This document shows, in pieces, positions 27,526 to 39,719 of a DNA stretch of 64,000 bases. The DNA comes from Albugo candida (Eukaryota), in NCBI GenBank assembly GCA_040437565.1, contig JBDOQK010000017.1, positions 496,001-560,000 of the forward strand. The letters are read 5' to 3'. The notes under the pieces were generated by a model. It ran no database searches and was not told the DNA's origin. It saw nothing but the letters and a program-made list of their open reading frames with translations. The translations under genes were made by a program, and so were the position numbers. Numbering within the stretch: position 1 is the stretch's first letter; the number at the start of each line of letters is the position of its first letter.

Positions 27526-29326
27526 TGAAAGATGCTGACTACAAAATCTGGATACTTTGAGGTCGAGGACTCATCTGAACATCTAAAGCAAAATACATAA
27601 CAATCCTTACGTATACTGAAACAAATAGACGCGATAGTATAGGTGACTGCATTAGCCGTGCTCCTCCACTCGTACTTTATTCAGACAAGCGTCATGAATT
27701 GTTTGTCAGCTTTCACACAAAAAATGCAATTCTGGATGATTTACTTGATCTTCAACTTTATTAAAAATTGTCAATAATGCGTGGCCTTTATTGTTTTGAT
27801 ATATTATGCGTAGATAAGCATGATTAGGTAGCAGAAGCTATTGCTCGTTCAGCTTTCACCAGGAATCGGTACTTTTTTACGATAATCTTCAATAGTGTAT
27901 GATACCTCTAGCATTGTATTGACACAGTACTTTATACACAAACATGTTTTCATGAGATACTTTGACGCTCGGACAAAGCTATGATGAAATCTAAACAAGC
28001 AATCAAATCAAAGAGCCTGATGAGCCCACTCAGAAACCAGAATTATCGTACCTGAATGTTTTAAAGACGCTTGTGAACATCAAACCATATATCTTCTTAT
28101 GTCGCGCGATTTGTCTTGACGACTATGTTGCAGCGCCAGTGTCTATCATCCGACGACCGCAATTTAATTCGGATAATGTGACCACTTTACACCATTAATG
28201 TAGCAAAGAAGCTAACTTTATTTAGCGCTCTATGAAACCTGGTGTGACATCTATGAGAATGCCTGGTAGGACATGCTTGGAGACAAACTGAATGGTTGTT
28301 CAGTTGAGTATGGGAGTTACAGGGGTTCGTACCCAGCTCAGTCGGTTAAGCACTTGAGCGCAAGGACCCCCTGCCGGAGGTCGTTAGTTCGATCCCCGGC
28401 AGTGTGGGCAGCGGTTTGAGCCCACCCAANNNNNNNNNNNNNNNNNNNNNNNNNNNNNNNNNNNNNNNNNNNNNNNNNNNNNNNNNNNNNNNNNNNNNNN
28501 NNNNNNNNNNNNNNNNNNNNNNNNNNNNNTGAAAGATGCTGACTACAAAATCTGGATACTTTGAGGTCGAGGACTCATCTGAACATCTAAAGCAATATAC
28601 ATAACAATCCTTAGCGTATACTGAAACAAGTAGACGTGATAGTATAGTTGACTGCATTAGCCGTGCTCCTCCACTCGTACTTTATTCAGACAAGCGTCAT
28701 GAATTGTTTGTCAGCTTTCACACAAAGAATGCAATTCTGGATGATTTACTTGATCTTCAACTTTATTAACAATTGTCAATAATGCGTGGCCTTTATTGTT
28801 TTGATATATTATGCGTAGATAAGCATGATTTGGTAGCAGAAGCTATTGCTCGTTCAGCTTTCACCAGGAATCGGTCCTATTTTACGATAATCATCAATAG
28901 TGTATGATACCTCTAGCGTTGTATTGACACAGTACTTTTTACACAAACATGTTTTCATGAGATGCTTTGACGCTCGGACGAAGCTATGATGAAATCTAAA
29001 CATGCAATCAAATCAAAGAACCTGATGAGCCTACTCAGAAACCAGAACTATTGTACCTGAATGTTTTGAAGACGCTTGTGAACATCAAACCACATATCTT
29101 CTTATGTCGCGCGATTTGTCTTGACGACTATGTTGCAGCGCCAGTGTCTATCATCCGACGACCGCAATTTAATTCGGATAATGTGACCACTTTACAATCT
29201 TAATGTAGCAAAGAAGCTAACTTTATTTAGCGCTCTATGAAACCTGGTGTGACATCTGTGAGAATGCCTGGTAGGACTTGCTTATAGACAACCTGAATGG
29301 TTGTTCAGTTGAGTATGGGAGTTACA
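27526..29326. repeat. Diverged gap-flanking duplication, 27526-28321 vs 28530-29326 (probably two haplotypes)
   Basis: ~796-bp copies with about 29 differences counted by eye (~3-4%). Copy 1 runs into a SINE; copy 2 does not. Confidence 0.85.
28322..28429 (+). mobile_element. tRNA-type (Pol III A/B box) SINE-like element, 5' part, cut off by the gap
   Basis: A-box-like CAGCTCAGTCGG and B-box GTTCGATCC. Near-identical to the reverse complement of the copies at 31902-32135 and 49581-49813. Confidence 0.8.
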
Positions 29327-30503
29327 AACATGATGAAAAAAGAGGTGACGTTTTGACGTAATAATAAACTGCTATAATGCAAAGTGTTCAGTAAAGCGGT
29401 CGTATAATCATCCGACAGATATTGAAATTGAAAGCTGGAACTTCAGCAGCACAAAACTTGATTGAAGTAGCTAGTAGGATGTTCACAGTATGATAGTGGA
29501 CAAGTAGAAAATGTCGGATATGTTCTTCAAGGCTCCAGATATGTTCCTACATAGTATCTCAGTGAAAAGCGGTCTCAGTGACTTGGTATGTCGATCCAAA
29601 CTAGCAGCAAAAATTGAAATGCAATAGCAAATGCTTTGCGCACGTCAATTAAAATGAAGTGGTTTTAATGGCACTTCGCATTATCACGATCAATACATCA
29701 TGAAACATCCTGTGAATAAACTTTGTCGGTGATGAATTCGCTGCCAAAGTCGATAGTTAAGATCTTTCGAGGCAAGTGTGCGAGATGAGAACCCTGTCAT
29801 CTTAATTCTTAAATCCGGATACTTGCTCATACTGAGTGGATGCCTTATAATAGGAAATGATATCAGGTAATTTTTCAGGAAGATCGGGCGCATTGAATAA
29901 GATTTACATGGTTCTTCTCATTATCTTCTTGTTGTTGATAAAACTTGAATTGATACGTGAGGTGAGGTGTGGAGCACTTTATTTGCTGCTTACACCAAAT
30001 CAAAAGCGCCGTTTGAGCCTTAAACATGGCCAAGCATTACATGCGTACGATATATAAGTCAGAGAATGCAAAATTGGTGGCAGGGCCGGAGTCCCTGCTG
30101 AACACGTTATAGTTACTCGTTAACTCAGAATTTTCTCCCTGATCTATCTTAATCGATCGATCAGCCTAAATACCTGCCATTAGTCGCTAGGACGACGGTT
30201 TCCTGAAGCATAATATTAATCAGTAGAAGATGTATGTAGTACTAGAATTAGACTAACCGACTTCTGTGGTTTCCTTACGCTATCTTAATAAAAACTGCAC
30301 ATATATACATACAAAAGAAAGTTCCTGATAGTAGATGTGAGAGATGATAATATGTCCTCTTGGTGATAGCCCTGTATTGCACTTGCCTCAAAATCACCAC
30401 AGTACGAGACTGTGTTCAGCGTATAAATGAAGTAAGGCTAAAAACTGGCCCAAAGTACCGTGTTTTCGTGAGTGGTGTGCGTCTCATTAGGCGGAAGGTA
30501 GCC

Positions 30504-30641
30504 ATCCAACTAGGAATCGGATCCGGGTTGCACTTGCATTACTACTTGCCGGTGCCGTAAAATCCACGGAATGATCTTTGCGTTGCGCGTTGATTCAGCA
30601 CCTTTGCAAGCCGAACGTGCTCGTCTTGATCGTAATACGGT
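30504..30641. repeat. Dispersed repeat fragment, copy 2 (related to 18215-18380)
   Basis: Direct sequence similarity to copy 1, with an internal deletion. Confidence 0.7.
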
Positions 30642-30729
30642 CTCCGAACGTGTCCATCAAACGCGATGTACGTGCACAGTTCTTAAAACAATAATAGGTG
30701 AGTGGCATGGCCAAGCTCTGAACATAATC

Positions 30730-30897
30730 AATATAGAAGGGTCCCAATACCTGCGTGGACCAATCTTTTATTATATATGGGTACCACTACCTGTGTGGCG
30801 AATTCATTAATATATAGGGGTCACATTACCTGTGTAGATCAATTCAGTAATATATAGGAGTCACATTCCTTGTGTCGACCAAATCAGCAATATAGAG
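30730..30897. repeat. Degenerate tandem repeat, about 4.2 units of 39-40 bp
   Basis: Units start at 30730, 30770, 30809, 30849 and 30889. Consensus is approximately AATATATAGGGGTCACATTACCTGTGTNGACCAATTCAGT. Confidence 0.8.
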
Positions 30898-31901
30898 ATG
30901 TTGCAGGTTTAGGGCGTTGTATCTGGTTCCCATCAAGTAAAACATTAGCGATGGTTATCGGATAAATATAAATGTAAACCTGTCCTTCATCACTATCGTC
31001 TTTGTATGTCTCTCCCTAAGAGCCTGTTTGGTTCGAAATAAGTTTAATACATAAGTTCAGATAACTTTGTCCTCCCATTCGTCACGTAAGGGGTTGCGAT
31101 CATAATTATCACGAAAAAACCTTCAGACGATTCCCAATCGGGAAAAACAGGGAGGATTGTCTATGAGTTTNNNNNNNNNNNNNNNNNNNNNNNNNNNNNN
31201 NNNNNNNNNNNNNNNNNNNNNNNNNNNNNNNNNNNNNNNNNNNNNNNNNNNNNNNNNNNNNNNNNNNNNNGGGAGGATTGTCTATGAGTTTAATAGAATG
31301 AGTTAACAATTTCTATGCATACCCTCATAATTCCCCTTTTCTTGGTCAAGAAAGCTCTATTACATCATTTTCCTATATTTTCTCAACTTCGTTGACACCA
31401 ATAAGTTTATGATTGACAAAGATGCCATTCGGATTACGATCAATGCAATATATAAAACAGAAATAGCTGAAAACAGAAATAGCTGCATCCGGTTGGACAC
31501 ATCATAACTTGCAGTTAACTAGTTGGGATGAAGGAAGCTTTTTGCAAGTATCCCTGAGTGTAAGAATACAATGCTTAATAATCCCACGCAAATGTGATCA
31601 TTCGGAGCTATCTTGATATTTATTCGTACCTGTTCAATGATGGAAAAGTGCGATAGGACAATGTCAGCACGATTTATTGAATTTCTTACTGTGTTCACAT
31701 TCTTTGTGGTATTTTTCCGTGTCATCTGTTTTTAAATCGCTGATCTCAGAGTCAGACGTAACCAGGCCGCTAGCGTAAGTGTCGTTTTAATGATTAGGAT
31801 GATTGAGAGACAATCCGAGTGTTGTAAAATACGCTTCCACCGGACATAGCGTCACACTAAGTATCATGTATGCTTCTAAATTTGCCGGCTACTTTTTCAA
31901 G

Positions 31902-32135
31902 GATTTCATTACACTGTTTATTTGGTTCTTTGACTACCTTCCTTATACTATCATGAGTCCCTGACCGTGTGAATATCACTTGAGTCTGACTTCAAACCGA
32001 GGGAGGCAGATATTTTCCAAGCTTATTGCCTGAGTGGGCTCAAACCGTTGCCCACACTGCCGGGGATCGAACTAACGACCTCCGGCAGGGGTCCGTGCGC
32101 TCAAGTGCTCAACCGACTGAGCTGGGTAGGGACCC
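31902..32135 (-). mobile_element. tRNA-type SINE-like element, ~235 bp
   Basis: Colinear with 49581-49813 over its full length, sharing the boundary GATTTCATTACACTGTTTA. A/B boxes are on the minus strand. Confidence 0.8.
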
Positions 32136-32449
32136 TTCGCGGCTGGTAAGTACTTCGCAAATCGAATGAAAGAAAACAGACTTTCAAAAAACAAAAAAAT
32201 TTCGCCCCTTGCCGTCGAAGACAATGGTTTCTCTCAATCTCTCCAGCTTACCTTACTTTATCTCGACAATTGCGGGTAATACGTCCATAAGTACCCTGTC
32301 CATTATCGACACTTGACCGGCAAAAAGTACACCCACCGACATACCTTTACCGTCGGACCCTTTCCACTGCTGAACAGGTAAGTAATCAATTAGAGGCCAG
32401 TATGAGGTTTGAGACACCTTTCCTCCCACTAAAATTCCTGACAATCAGC

Positions 32450-33134
32450 CGGTAGCAACGGTCGTTAATGAAAGAAGGTGCATCATAATCTTCCAAATCG
32501 ATCAAAGCAGTAGGTAAAACCGGCCATGAACTAAGACTAGCCGAGAGGTTGAATGCAAAGAAGAGATTCGCAAGGACAAAGCCGCGAAAAATGCGAAGTT
32601 CAAGCTTGAAATGCCTAAGACGCAACCTTCGGATCCAACCGCTATCGAACAGCTGGTGGAAGACGGACGTTCGTCCTGGAACGTTTTGCTGTACTCTTGG
32701 CTACAACAACGCCATTTTCACTGCCGAGTGCAAAGTTTCGATCCTCTTGGAGACAAGCCTAACTTTTATGCGCAGAAATTAGAAAACAACTGGATAGTAG
32801 TATTGTTCCCTCCTCCCAAAATTTTATTCAATACACGGAGATACGAATCTTGACAATTGTTTTGATGAAGGAAAAATTGGTCAACTAGCTTAATTTTTCT
32901 GTATAGTAGGTTAACTTTTGTGGAATGACATTACTTGCGATAAGTCGATGTTCTTATGTCACGCTAACTTTTGGTCGTTTAGGAATTGGACCGGAGAAGT
33001 TCACAATCAAAACTGGATTAGCCTTGGGTCGAATTGGATGCGATGTTTTGCAAGAGATTTTGTTGAATCTGTCGCTACAAACGGCTCCCCATTTCGAAGT
33101 GAATAGTGTACAATTCTGCCACGCCATGTCATGA
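32450..33134 (+). mobile_element. Possible retroelement gag/protease relic
   Basis: Degenerate, frameshifted zinc-knuckle-like stretch (LYSWLQQRHF/TAEC, ~32688-32731) followed by retropepsin-like LGRIGCDVL. Weak evidence. Confidence 0.3.
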
Positions 33135-34037
33135 CTCAAGAGAAGAAAAAAGAAAAAACGACAGAAAGTTTTTTGGAATTAAGTAACTGCTAAACGGCAC
33201 TGCAAAGCAGACAAAACGCTCTATCATCTAATAGACTTGGATAAAAAGGCTGAACAAACTGCTTCTCAACCAGCTGAGATATCAAAACCCTCTTGGAAAT
33301 TAGTTCTTTCGGGGAAAAACAGAATCGCTCGTTAGACAGGTACAAAAGCATGGTCAGTAAAGCTCCTCCAAAAATCTTGGANNNNNNNNNNNNNNNNNNN
33401 NNNNNNNNNNNNNNNNNNNNNNNNNNNNNNNNNNNNNNNNNNNNNNNNNNNNNNNNNNNNNNNNNNNNNNNNNNNNNNNNNAAACGCTCTATCATCTAAT
33501 AGACTTGGATAAAAAGGCTGAACAAACTGCTTCTCAACCAGCTGAGATATCAAAACCCTCTTGGAAATTAGTTCTTTCGGGGAAAAACAGAATCGCTCGT
33601 TAGACAGGTACAAAAGCATGGTCAGTAAAGCTCCTCCAAAAATCTTGGATGGGCTTGTCATCATTTTGCTCCAAGTGTAGCAGTGTAATGCCTTCCCATT
33701 CTGTCAAATAAGCCTACGACGCTCTATAATCGGACTTTAGGACGCAGGCAGATTCTAACAACGCCTGATAGGTTTCTTCAAGTATACATTCATGTTTACA
33801 ATGCGGAGAAGCAACTTGTAAGCATATTTAATGTTGGTAGCCTTCTCCAATTCAGACGAAACAACCCGATCGCGTTACATTGAGTGCTCAATCGGGGTGT
33901 GCATTGGATGGTCCATTTCTGCCTCAAATGGTGTAAATCCACAAGAACAATTGTGTCGTTTCTGTATCCAAGACGAATAAGAACACTAATTTTATGATTA
34001 AGTTGGTGGAGTCACTGGAAGTAGGAGAGCTCAATCA

Positions 34038-34365
34038 TGTTACGGAATTGCTCGCTTTCTTTGAGATTAAGGGGATAGTACTGTCCCGTTGGTCTTCATA
34101 ATGACCCCTGGATGAGCACATCACCGGTCGCGTGGTCCTGTAGACAACTATACACCACTGTCGCTTACTAGAAAAAGCACTATGATTATTCTGTCGTGCT
34201 CTCCCCTTGGAATACTTTGTGGAAAAGACTTGAAAAAGTACTTTAGGTTTCGATTGGCGGTTAGTACTTGGTCTAAACCGTTTGATTTCATTCTTATGTT
34301 CTAGAAATACGCACTCCGTTTTCTCAATTTCCTGCCACACAACAATCTTCGCTCACCTTCCAACA
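34038..34365 (+). repeat. Probable 5' LTR of a Copia element
   Basis: Ends TTCCAACA immediately before the primer-binding site. The start TGTTACGGAA (34038) is a tentative imperfect inverted terminus. Confidence 0.5.
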
Positions 34366-34377
34366 GGTTATGAGCCC
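34366..34377 (+). other. Primer-binding site GGTTATGAGCCC (half initiator-Met-tRNA type)
   Basis: Directly follows the ...CA LTR end and precedes the gag-like ATG at 34403. Resembles the GGTTATGGGCCC PBS of Drosophila copia-type elements. Confidence 0.7.
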
Positions 34378-34402
34378 AACCAAGATTCGACAAGCCAAGA
34401 TA

Positions 34403-37400
34403 ATGGAAAAATTCGACAGACCGGATGAGTCTAATATGGACCGAATGATGCTGATGTTAGAGACACTCGAAAATCGACTAGGCAAGGTCGAAACCGAGCA
34501 GAGCGTCGGCTTTTTCGTACCTGCGCCACCCCTCTGAACGGAAAGCGTATCTATCTGTTGAGCAACCAAGGACAGTTTCCATGCCATGAAACATAATGCA
34601 CTGTACGGGCTAACCCGAGTCGGAATCCCGGGAGAAGATTTCTATTCAGTCATTAGACGGGAAAGAATATACTTGGACTTGGAGAGACGTTTACCCAATG
34701 ATTTATCATTTCTTGCGGCAACTCTCACATGCCCAGAAAGAATCCAGTAGAATTTGGAGTGAGGAAAAGAGGGTGGACTGACTGTCCGCCATTTGAGAGG
34801 GAAAGCTCTTAATAATTAGGATCAGCAAGTCCCTCAACGAATGGCTTAGTGATATAGGGTTGAAGAAGCCACGGGCAGTATTGACGAAGTGTTTCGGTGA
34901 ATCATCACTAGGGCGCAGGCAACACGGTTTTTTACGATAAATAACCTACTGGACGTTGTTGGAGCGGACGTTTGTTATCTTGCCGGCAATCAGTGATACA
35001 GTCGGCGGTTCAGACGATATCCTACCGGAAAGAGTGATGAACTACGCAAAGAGCGAGTTAAAATGAGCTCTAAGGGCACTTGTAAACACCATGAGAGAAG
35101 TCACAAGAAGGCAAACCGAAGATTTGAGGACCTTTTTTCTTCAGCTTATGGAACCATATATTATCAGTATTGCACCAAGAAAGCCAGTGAAATGCACCCA
35201 TAACATAATCTGAGCGATCAGTAATTTTATCCGAAGAAGCGAACGAACTGCTGAAATTACGTAAAAAGCGGACATATTTATTGGATGCAAGAATACTAAG
35301 GTAAAACACACGAAAAAGTATGGATATTTAACATGCATACTTCACAAGGCGAAGGTATTGACGATGAGAAGTACACAATTGGCAACTAATATTGCAACAG
35401 TCAACGCTTTATCGAGAAATGATTTCTCGAATGATGTGCAACACACGCTAAACCTTCCGTGCTACATTTATTGAATGGAAGACTGGAGGTGAAAGAATAT
35501 AAATCCACGTATCAAGCATATCGATTAAGAGTAATGGAGCGTACTCTCGATGGTGCGATCGTGTTCGAAGAAAAAAATTTGGTAAAGAACGTTCTCGTTA
35601 TCAAGACTGAAGGTCGAAAACGCATTACCATTGTTATAGATGTCCCTGCTTTAAGTGAGTCCATAAAAAATCCAAAAAATCGGACGGGAAGTCTTTACAA
35701 TGCTGTCGAGCGTATAACAAAGCTTCTGGATTCGGGGATCCAGTTTAATGACCACCGATAAATGAAAGGCATCAATCGAGCGCAAAGCAGCAAAAAAACA
35801 TACAGAGCTGCCTGTAAAAATTCATTAACGACCGAATTGGTGGAGTTATGTCCAGTAATTTGAAGGATTCCATCACGCCTAAAGAGCGACGTAGAATTCG
35901 ATACTTATTCAATCCTGTCGACTAGAAACGAACCGCCGTTCGTACTCCTGGCTAAGACTAGGAATAAAGAAGATAGAAATTNNNNNNNNNNNNNNNNNNN
36001 NNNNNNNNNNNNNNNNNNNNNNNNNNNNNNNNNNNNNNNNNNNNNNNNNNNNNNNNNNNNNNNNNNNNNNNNNNNNNNNNNAGCAGAGCGTCGGCTTTTT
36101 CGTACCTGCGCCACCCCTCTGAACGGAAAGCGTATCTATCTGTTGAGCAACCAAGGACAGTTTCCATGCCATGAAACATAATGCACTGTACGGGCTAACA
36201 CGAGTCGGAATCCCGGGAGAAGATTTCCATTCAGTCATTAGACGGGAAAGAATATACTTGGACTTGAAGAGACGTTTCCCAATGATTTATCATTTCTTGC
36301 GGCAACTTTCACATGCCCAGAAAGAATCCAGTAGAATTTGGAGTGAGGAAAAGAGGGTGGACTGACTGTCCAGCATTTGAGAGGGAAAGCTCTTAATAAT
36401 TAGGATCAGCAAGCCCTCAACAAATGCATTAGTGATATAGGGTTGAAGAAGCCACGGGCAGTATTGACGAAGTGTTTCGGTGAATCATCACTAGGGCGCA
36501 GGCAACACGGGTTTTTACGATAAAAAACCTACTGGACGTTGTTGGAGCGGACGTTTGTTATCTAGGCGGCAATCAGTGATACAGTCGGCGGTTCAGACGA
36601 TATCCTACCGGAAAGAGTGATGAACTACGCAAAGAGAGAGTTAAACTGAGCTCTAAGGGCACTTGTAAACACCATGAGAGAAGTCAAAAGAAGGCAAATC
36701 GAAGATTTGAGGACCTTTTCTCAGCTTATGGAACCAAATATTATCAGTATTGCGCCAAGAAAGCCAGTGAAATGCACCCATAATATAATCTGAGCAATCA
36801 GTAATTTTATCCGAAGAAGCGAACGAACTGCTGAAATTACGTAAAAAGCGGACATATGTATTGGATGCAAGAATACTAAGGTAAAACACACGAAAACGTA
36901 TGGATATTTAACATGCATACTTCACAAGGCGAAGGTATTGACGATGAGAAGGACACAATTGGCAACTAATAATGCAACAGTCAACGCTTTATCGAGATAT
37001 GATCTCTCGAATGATGTGCAACACACGCTAAACCTTCCGTGCTACATTTATCGAATGGATGACTGGAGGTGAAAGAATATAAATCCACGTATCAAGGATA
37101 TCGTTTAAGAGTAATGGAGCGTACTCTCGATGGTGCGATCGTGTTCGAAGAAAAAAATATGGTAAAGAACGTTCTCGTTATCAAGACTGAAGGTCGAAAA
37201 CGCATTACCATTGTTATGGATGTCCCTGCTTTAAGTGAGTCCATGAAAAATCCAAAAAATCGGACGGGAAGTCTTTACAATGCTGTCGAGCGTATAAAAA
37301 AGCTTCTGGATTCGGGGATCCAGTTTGATGACCACCGATAAATAAAAGGCATCAATCGAGCGCAAAGCAGCAAAAAAGCATACAGAGCTGCCTGTAAAAA

Positions 37401-37650
37401 TTCATTAACGACCGAATTGGTGGAGTCATGTCCAGTAATTTGAAGGATTCCATCACGCCTAAAGAGCGACGTAAAATTCAATACTTATTCAATTTTGTCG
37501 ACTAGAAACGAACCGCCGTTCGTACTCCTGGCTAAGACTAGGAATAAAGAAGATAGAAATTGCTACGCTTTCATGATTGATGTGGAAAAAAGATTTACAA
37601 GGCTAATGTTCCACGCATTCTTGGTGGCGGAGAGCACAGGAATGTAGAGC
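34403..37650 (+). mobile_element. Degenerate Ty1/Copia gag-protease-integrase remnant; 34497-35981 is repeated at 36082-37561 across the gap
   Basis: Oomycete Copia gag-like KISIQSLDGKEY...FLRQLSHAQKESSRIWSEEKRVD...GSDDILPERVMNYA. Pre-integrase-like GSLYNAVERITKLLDSGIQFNDHR. Integrase-like FVLLAKT...FMIDVEKRF. The two copies differ by a few percent. Confidence 0.75.
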
Positions 37651-38299
37651 TTTTTTTGCAAAGTAGTGGCAGTACGGAGACAGCATAGTGAGGCCAAAAA
37701 TCAAGACTCAAACGGAAAAAATGAAGGGATACATAGTGCAGTCCTGAACCTGGTTCAATCTATGATATTTATAAGCTCTATGGCATTATGGTTTTATGAG
37801 GATCCCGCTGAATATGCGGCGAATTTTTTATATAAAATCACTGACATAGCGAATAAAGCAAGACAGCCTCTGTAGAGGTTTTGACTGTGAATGATACCGA
37901 TAATATTCATCTTATTACATTCATCTCGCCTTGTTTGGTTTGATTCTGATCTGAAAGAAAGTTCCTCGCATAGCGAAGTGAACTGGGCGTTTTTTCTGGG
38001 AGAAAACTTGTGGTTACAAAGTTCATTTACCCAAATCGAGAACTGTGACTATCAACATATATATATATAAATGTGAAATTGACGCCGGAAGAAGAAAATG
38101 AAACTGGAGGTTNNNNNNNNNNNNNNNNNNNNNNNNNNNNNNNNNNNNNNNNNNNNNNNNNNNNNNNNNNNNNNNNNNNNNNNNNNNNNNNNNNNNNNNN
38201 NNNNNNNNNNNNGGCATTGTCACGTATTTAATACGTAAGTGAAGGCACCAATAGAAGAGAACTTAATTCTATATTTGCACGTGTCTCAAGGAATGAAAA

Positions 38300-39212
38300 T
38301 AGAACCTACAAGCTGGATGAACCCGGTGCCACAAGTACTGATAAAGCGGTACTACGGCTACAAATGAGTCTGTTTCAGCTGAAAGACGCAGAAATTCTAT
38401 GGAGTCACCATTGTATTGAAGGATGAACGATGAAGGTTTCAAAGAAAGTCTCATGGATCCATATTTACATCAAGACGAAGACACAACTGGAATATCTTTT
38501 TTGGGGATAAGTTTTCCAGAAATTGAGGTGATACTTGATAGCCTTCCAAGGATTACAATTAGGACTATTCGACCCATCAATAAATTTTTGAGGAAGCGAG
38601 TTCGCTGCGTCGAGGAAGAAGTATATTCTTTGAATGGGAACCGTCTATATTGGAATTGATTGCAAAATTGATTATGGAGAAAGAGCATTCAGTTCTCATT
38701 CCTATTGTGCAAGACTACATTGATACCACAACATGAAATCTTAAAAGAACGAGGTCCGTTCAGTCGAGAATGCAATAAACAAAACGTTTCACTCTTCCAT
38801 AACCAGTCTTTTATATTTTGTGATCTGCACGGGTGCAGACATCGGTATCACAGTACACAAGCTAATGAGACGTAATCATGCACCAACACCAAATGATGGG
38901 TTGTTGGTGTGTCAGAAAGGTGAAATATTTCAAGGCTTTAAAATGACTGAAATTTTATTGGGTGGTGAAAGTGTGCACCCGTTCTCGATTTCCCAAGACG
39001 CCGCTCTGAAGATATACCTATATGATGATGATGGAGTGGAGGATCAATCGAAAATGAGCGTAACCGTTACAGTATTCAATGTACGTAGACCTTCGTGGCT
39101 AGTGATGCAAGAAGAAGCATTGAGTTTCAATATTGACGTCGGAATCATAGTTTGTAGCAGCATCGTATGCACCGAGTATTTAATTGGAGTATGGGACGAT
39201 TCAAATATTTGA
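38300..39212 (+). pseudogene. Possible highly diverged pepsin-like pseudogene
   Basis: Fragments occur in pepsin order: QKFYGVT, GISFLGISFPEI, EVYSLNGNRLYW, VICTGADI, GLLVC...ILLGG. Multiple stops. Confidence 0.3.
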
Positions 39213-39719
39213 AACTAACGGAGAAGGATTCAATGATGTTGTGGATGGTAAAATAGGCGACTTTCAGCAATCACTCATCAAATCTATTCAATTGAGGATA
39301 CACATATCGCCGTCCAACTAAAATACGTCAGAGCTAAATGGTCAAACGAATTATAGGATTAAAGTACGTACATAGATCGAAAATCAACATCGCCTTGCAG
39401 ACAAAGGCATTTTCGATACCCGGACTCTTCCAAAAACGATAGTTATAAAAGTTACGGGATCGAGCGATGCGAGCTGAAACAAGTTCAAGTGCAACTAAAG
39501 AAGAAGAATTTTGGAAAGATTGACAAATTGTTTTAGCTTTCTAGTCGCATTTATCTTTACTCGTAATACTTTAGCAGGATTTTATTTTTGAAAATGAGAG
39601 AATATAGCACTGGTAATTGCGTAAAAAAACACCATCTTCGCCTGCCTGTACCATCCCCATGAGACACTACATCCACGGTTTTTTCCCAGGTCTTTATATC
39701 ATCCTCGAACAAGAATTAC

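Noticed and set aside
28322-28410. Functional tRNA gene
   Set aside because: A/B boxes are present, but there is no acceptor/anticodon cloverleaf, and the copies share a long non-tRNA tail. It fits a SINE better.
30730-30897. CRISPR array
   Set aside because: Eukaryotic context, degenerate adjacent units with no unique spacers, and no cas genes.
31454-31485. 16-bp perfect tandem duplication (AAAACAGAAATAGCTG x2)
   Set aside because: Real, but a trivial slippage-type duplication with no evident function.
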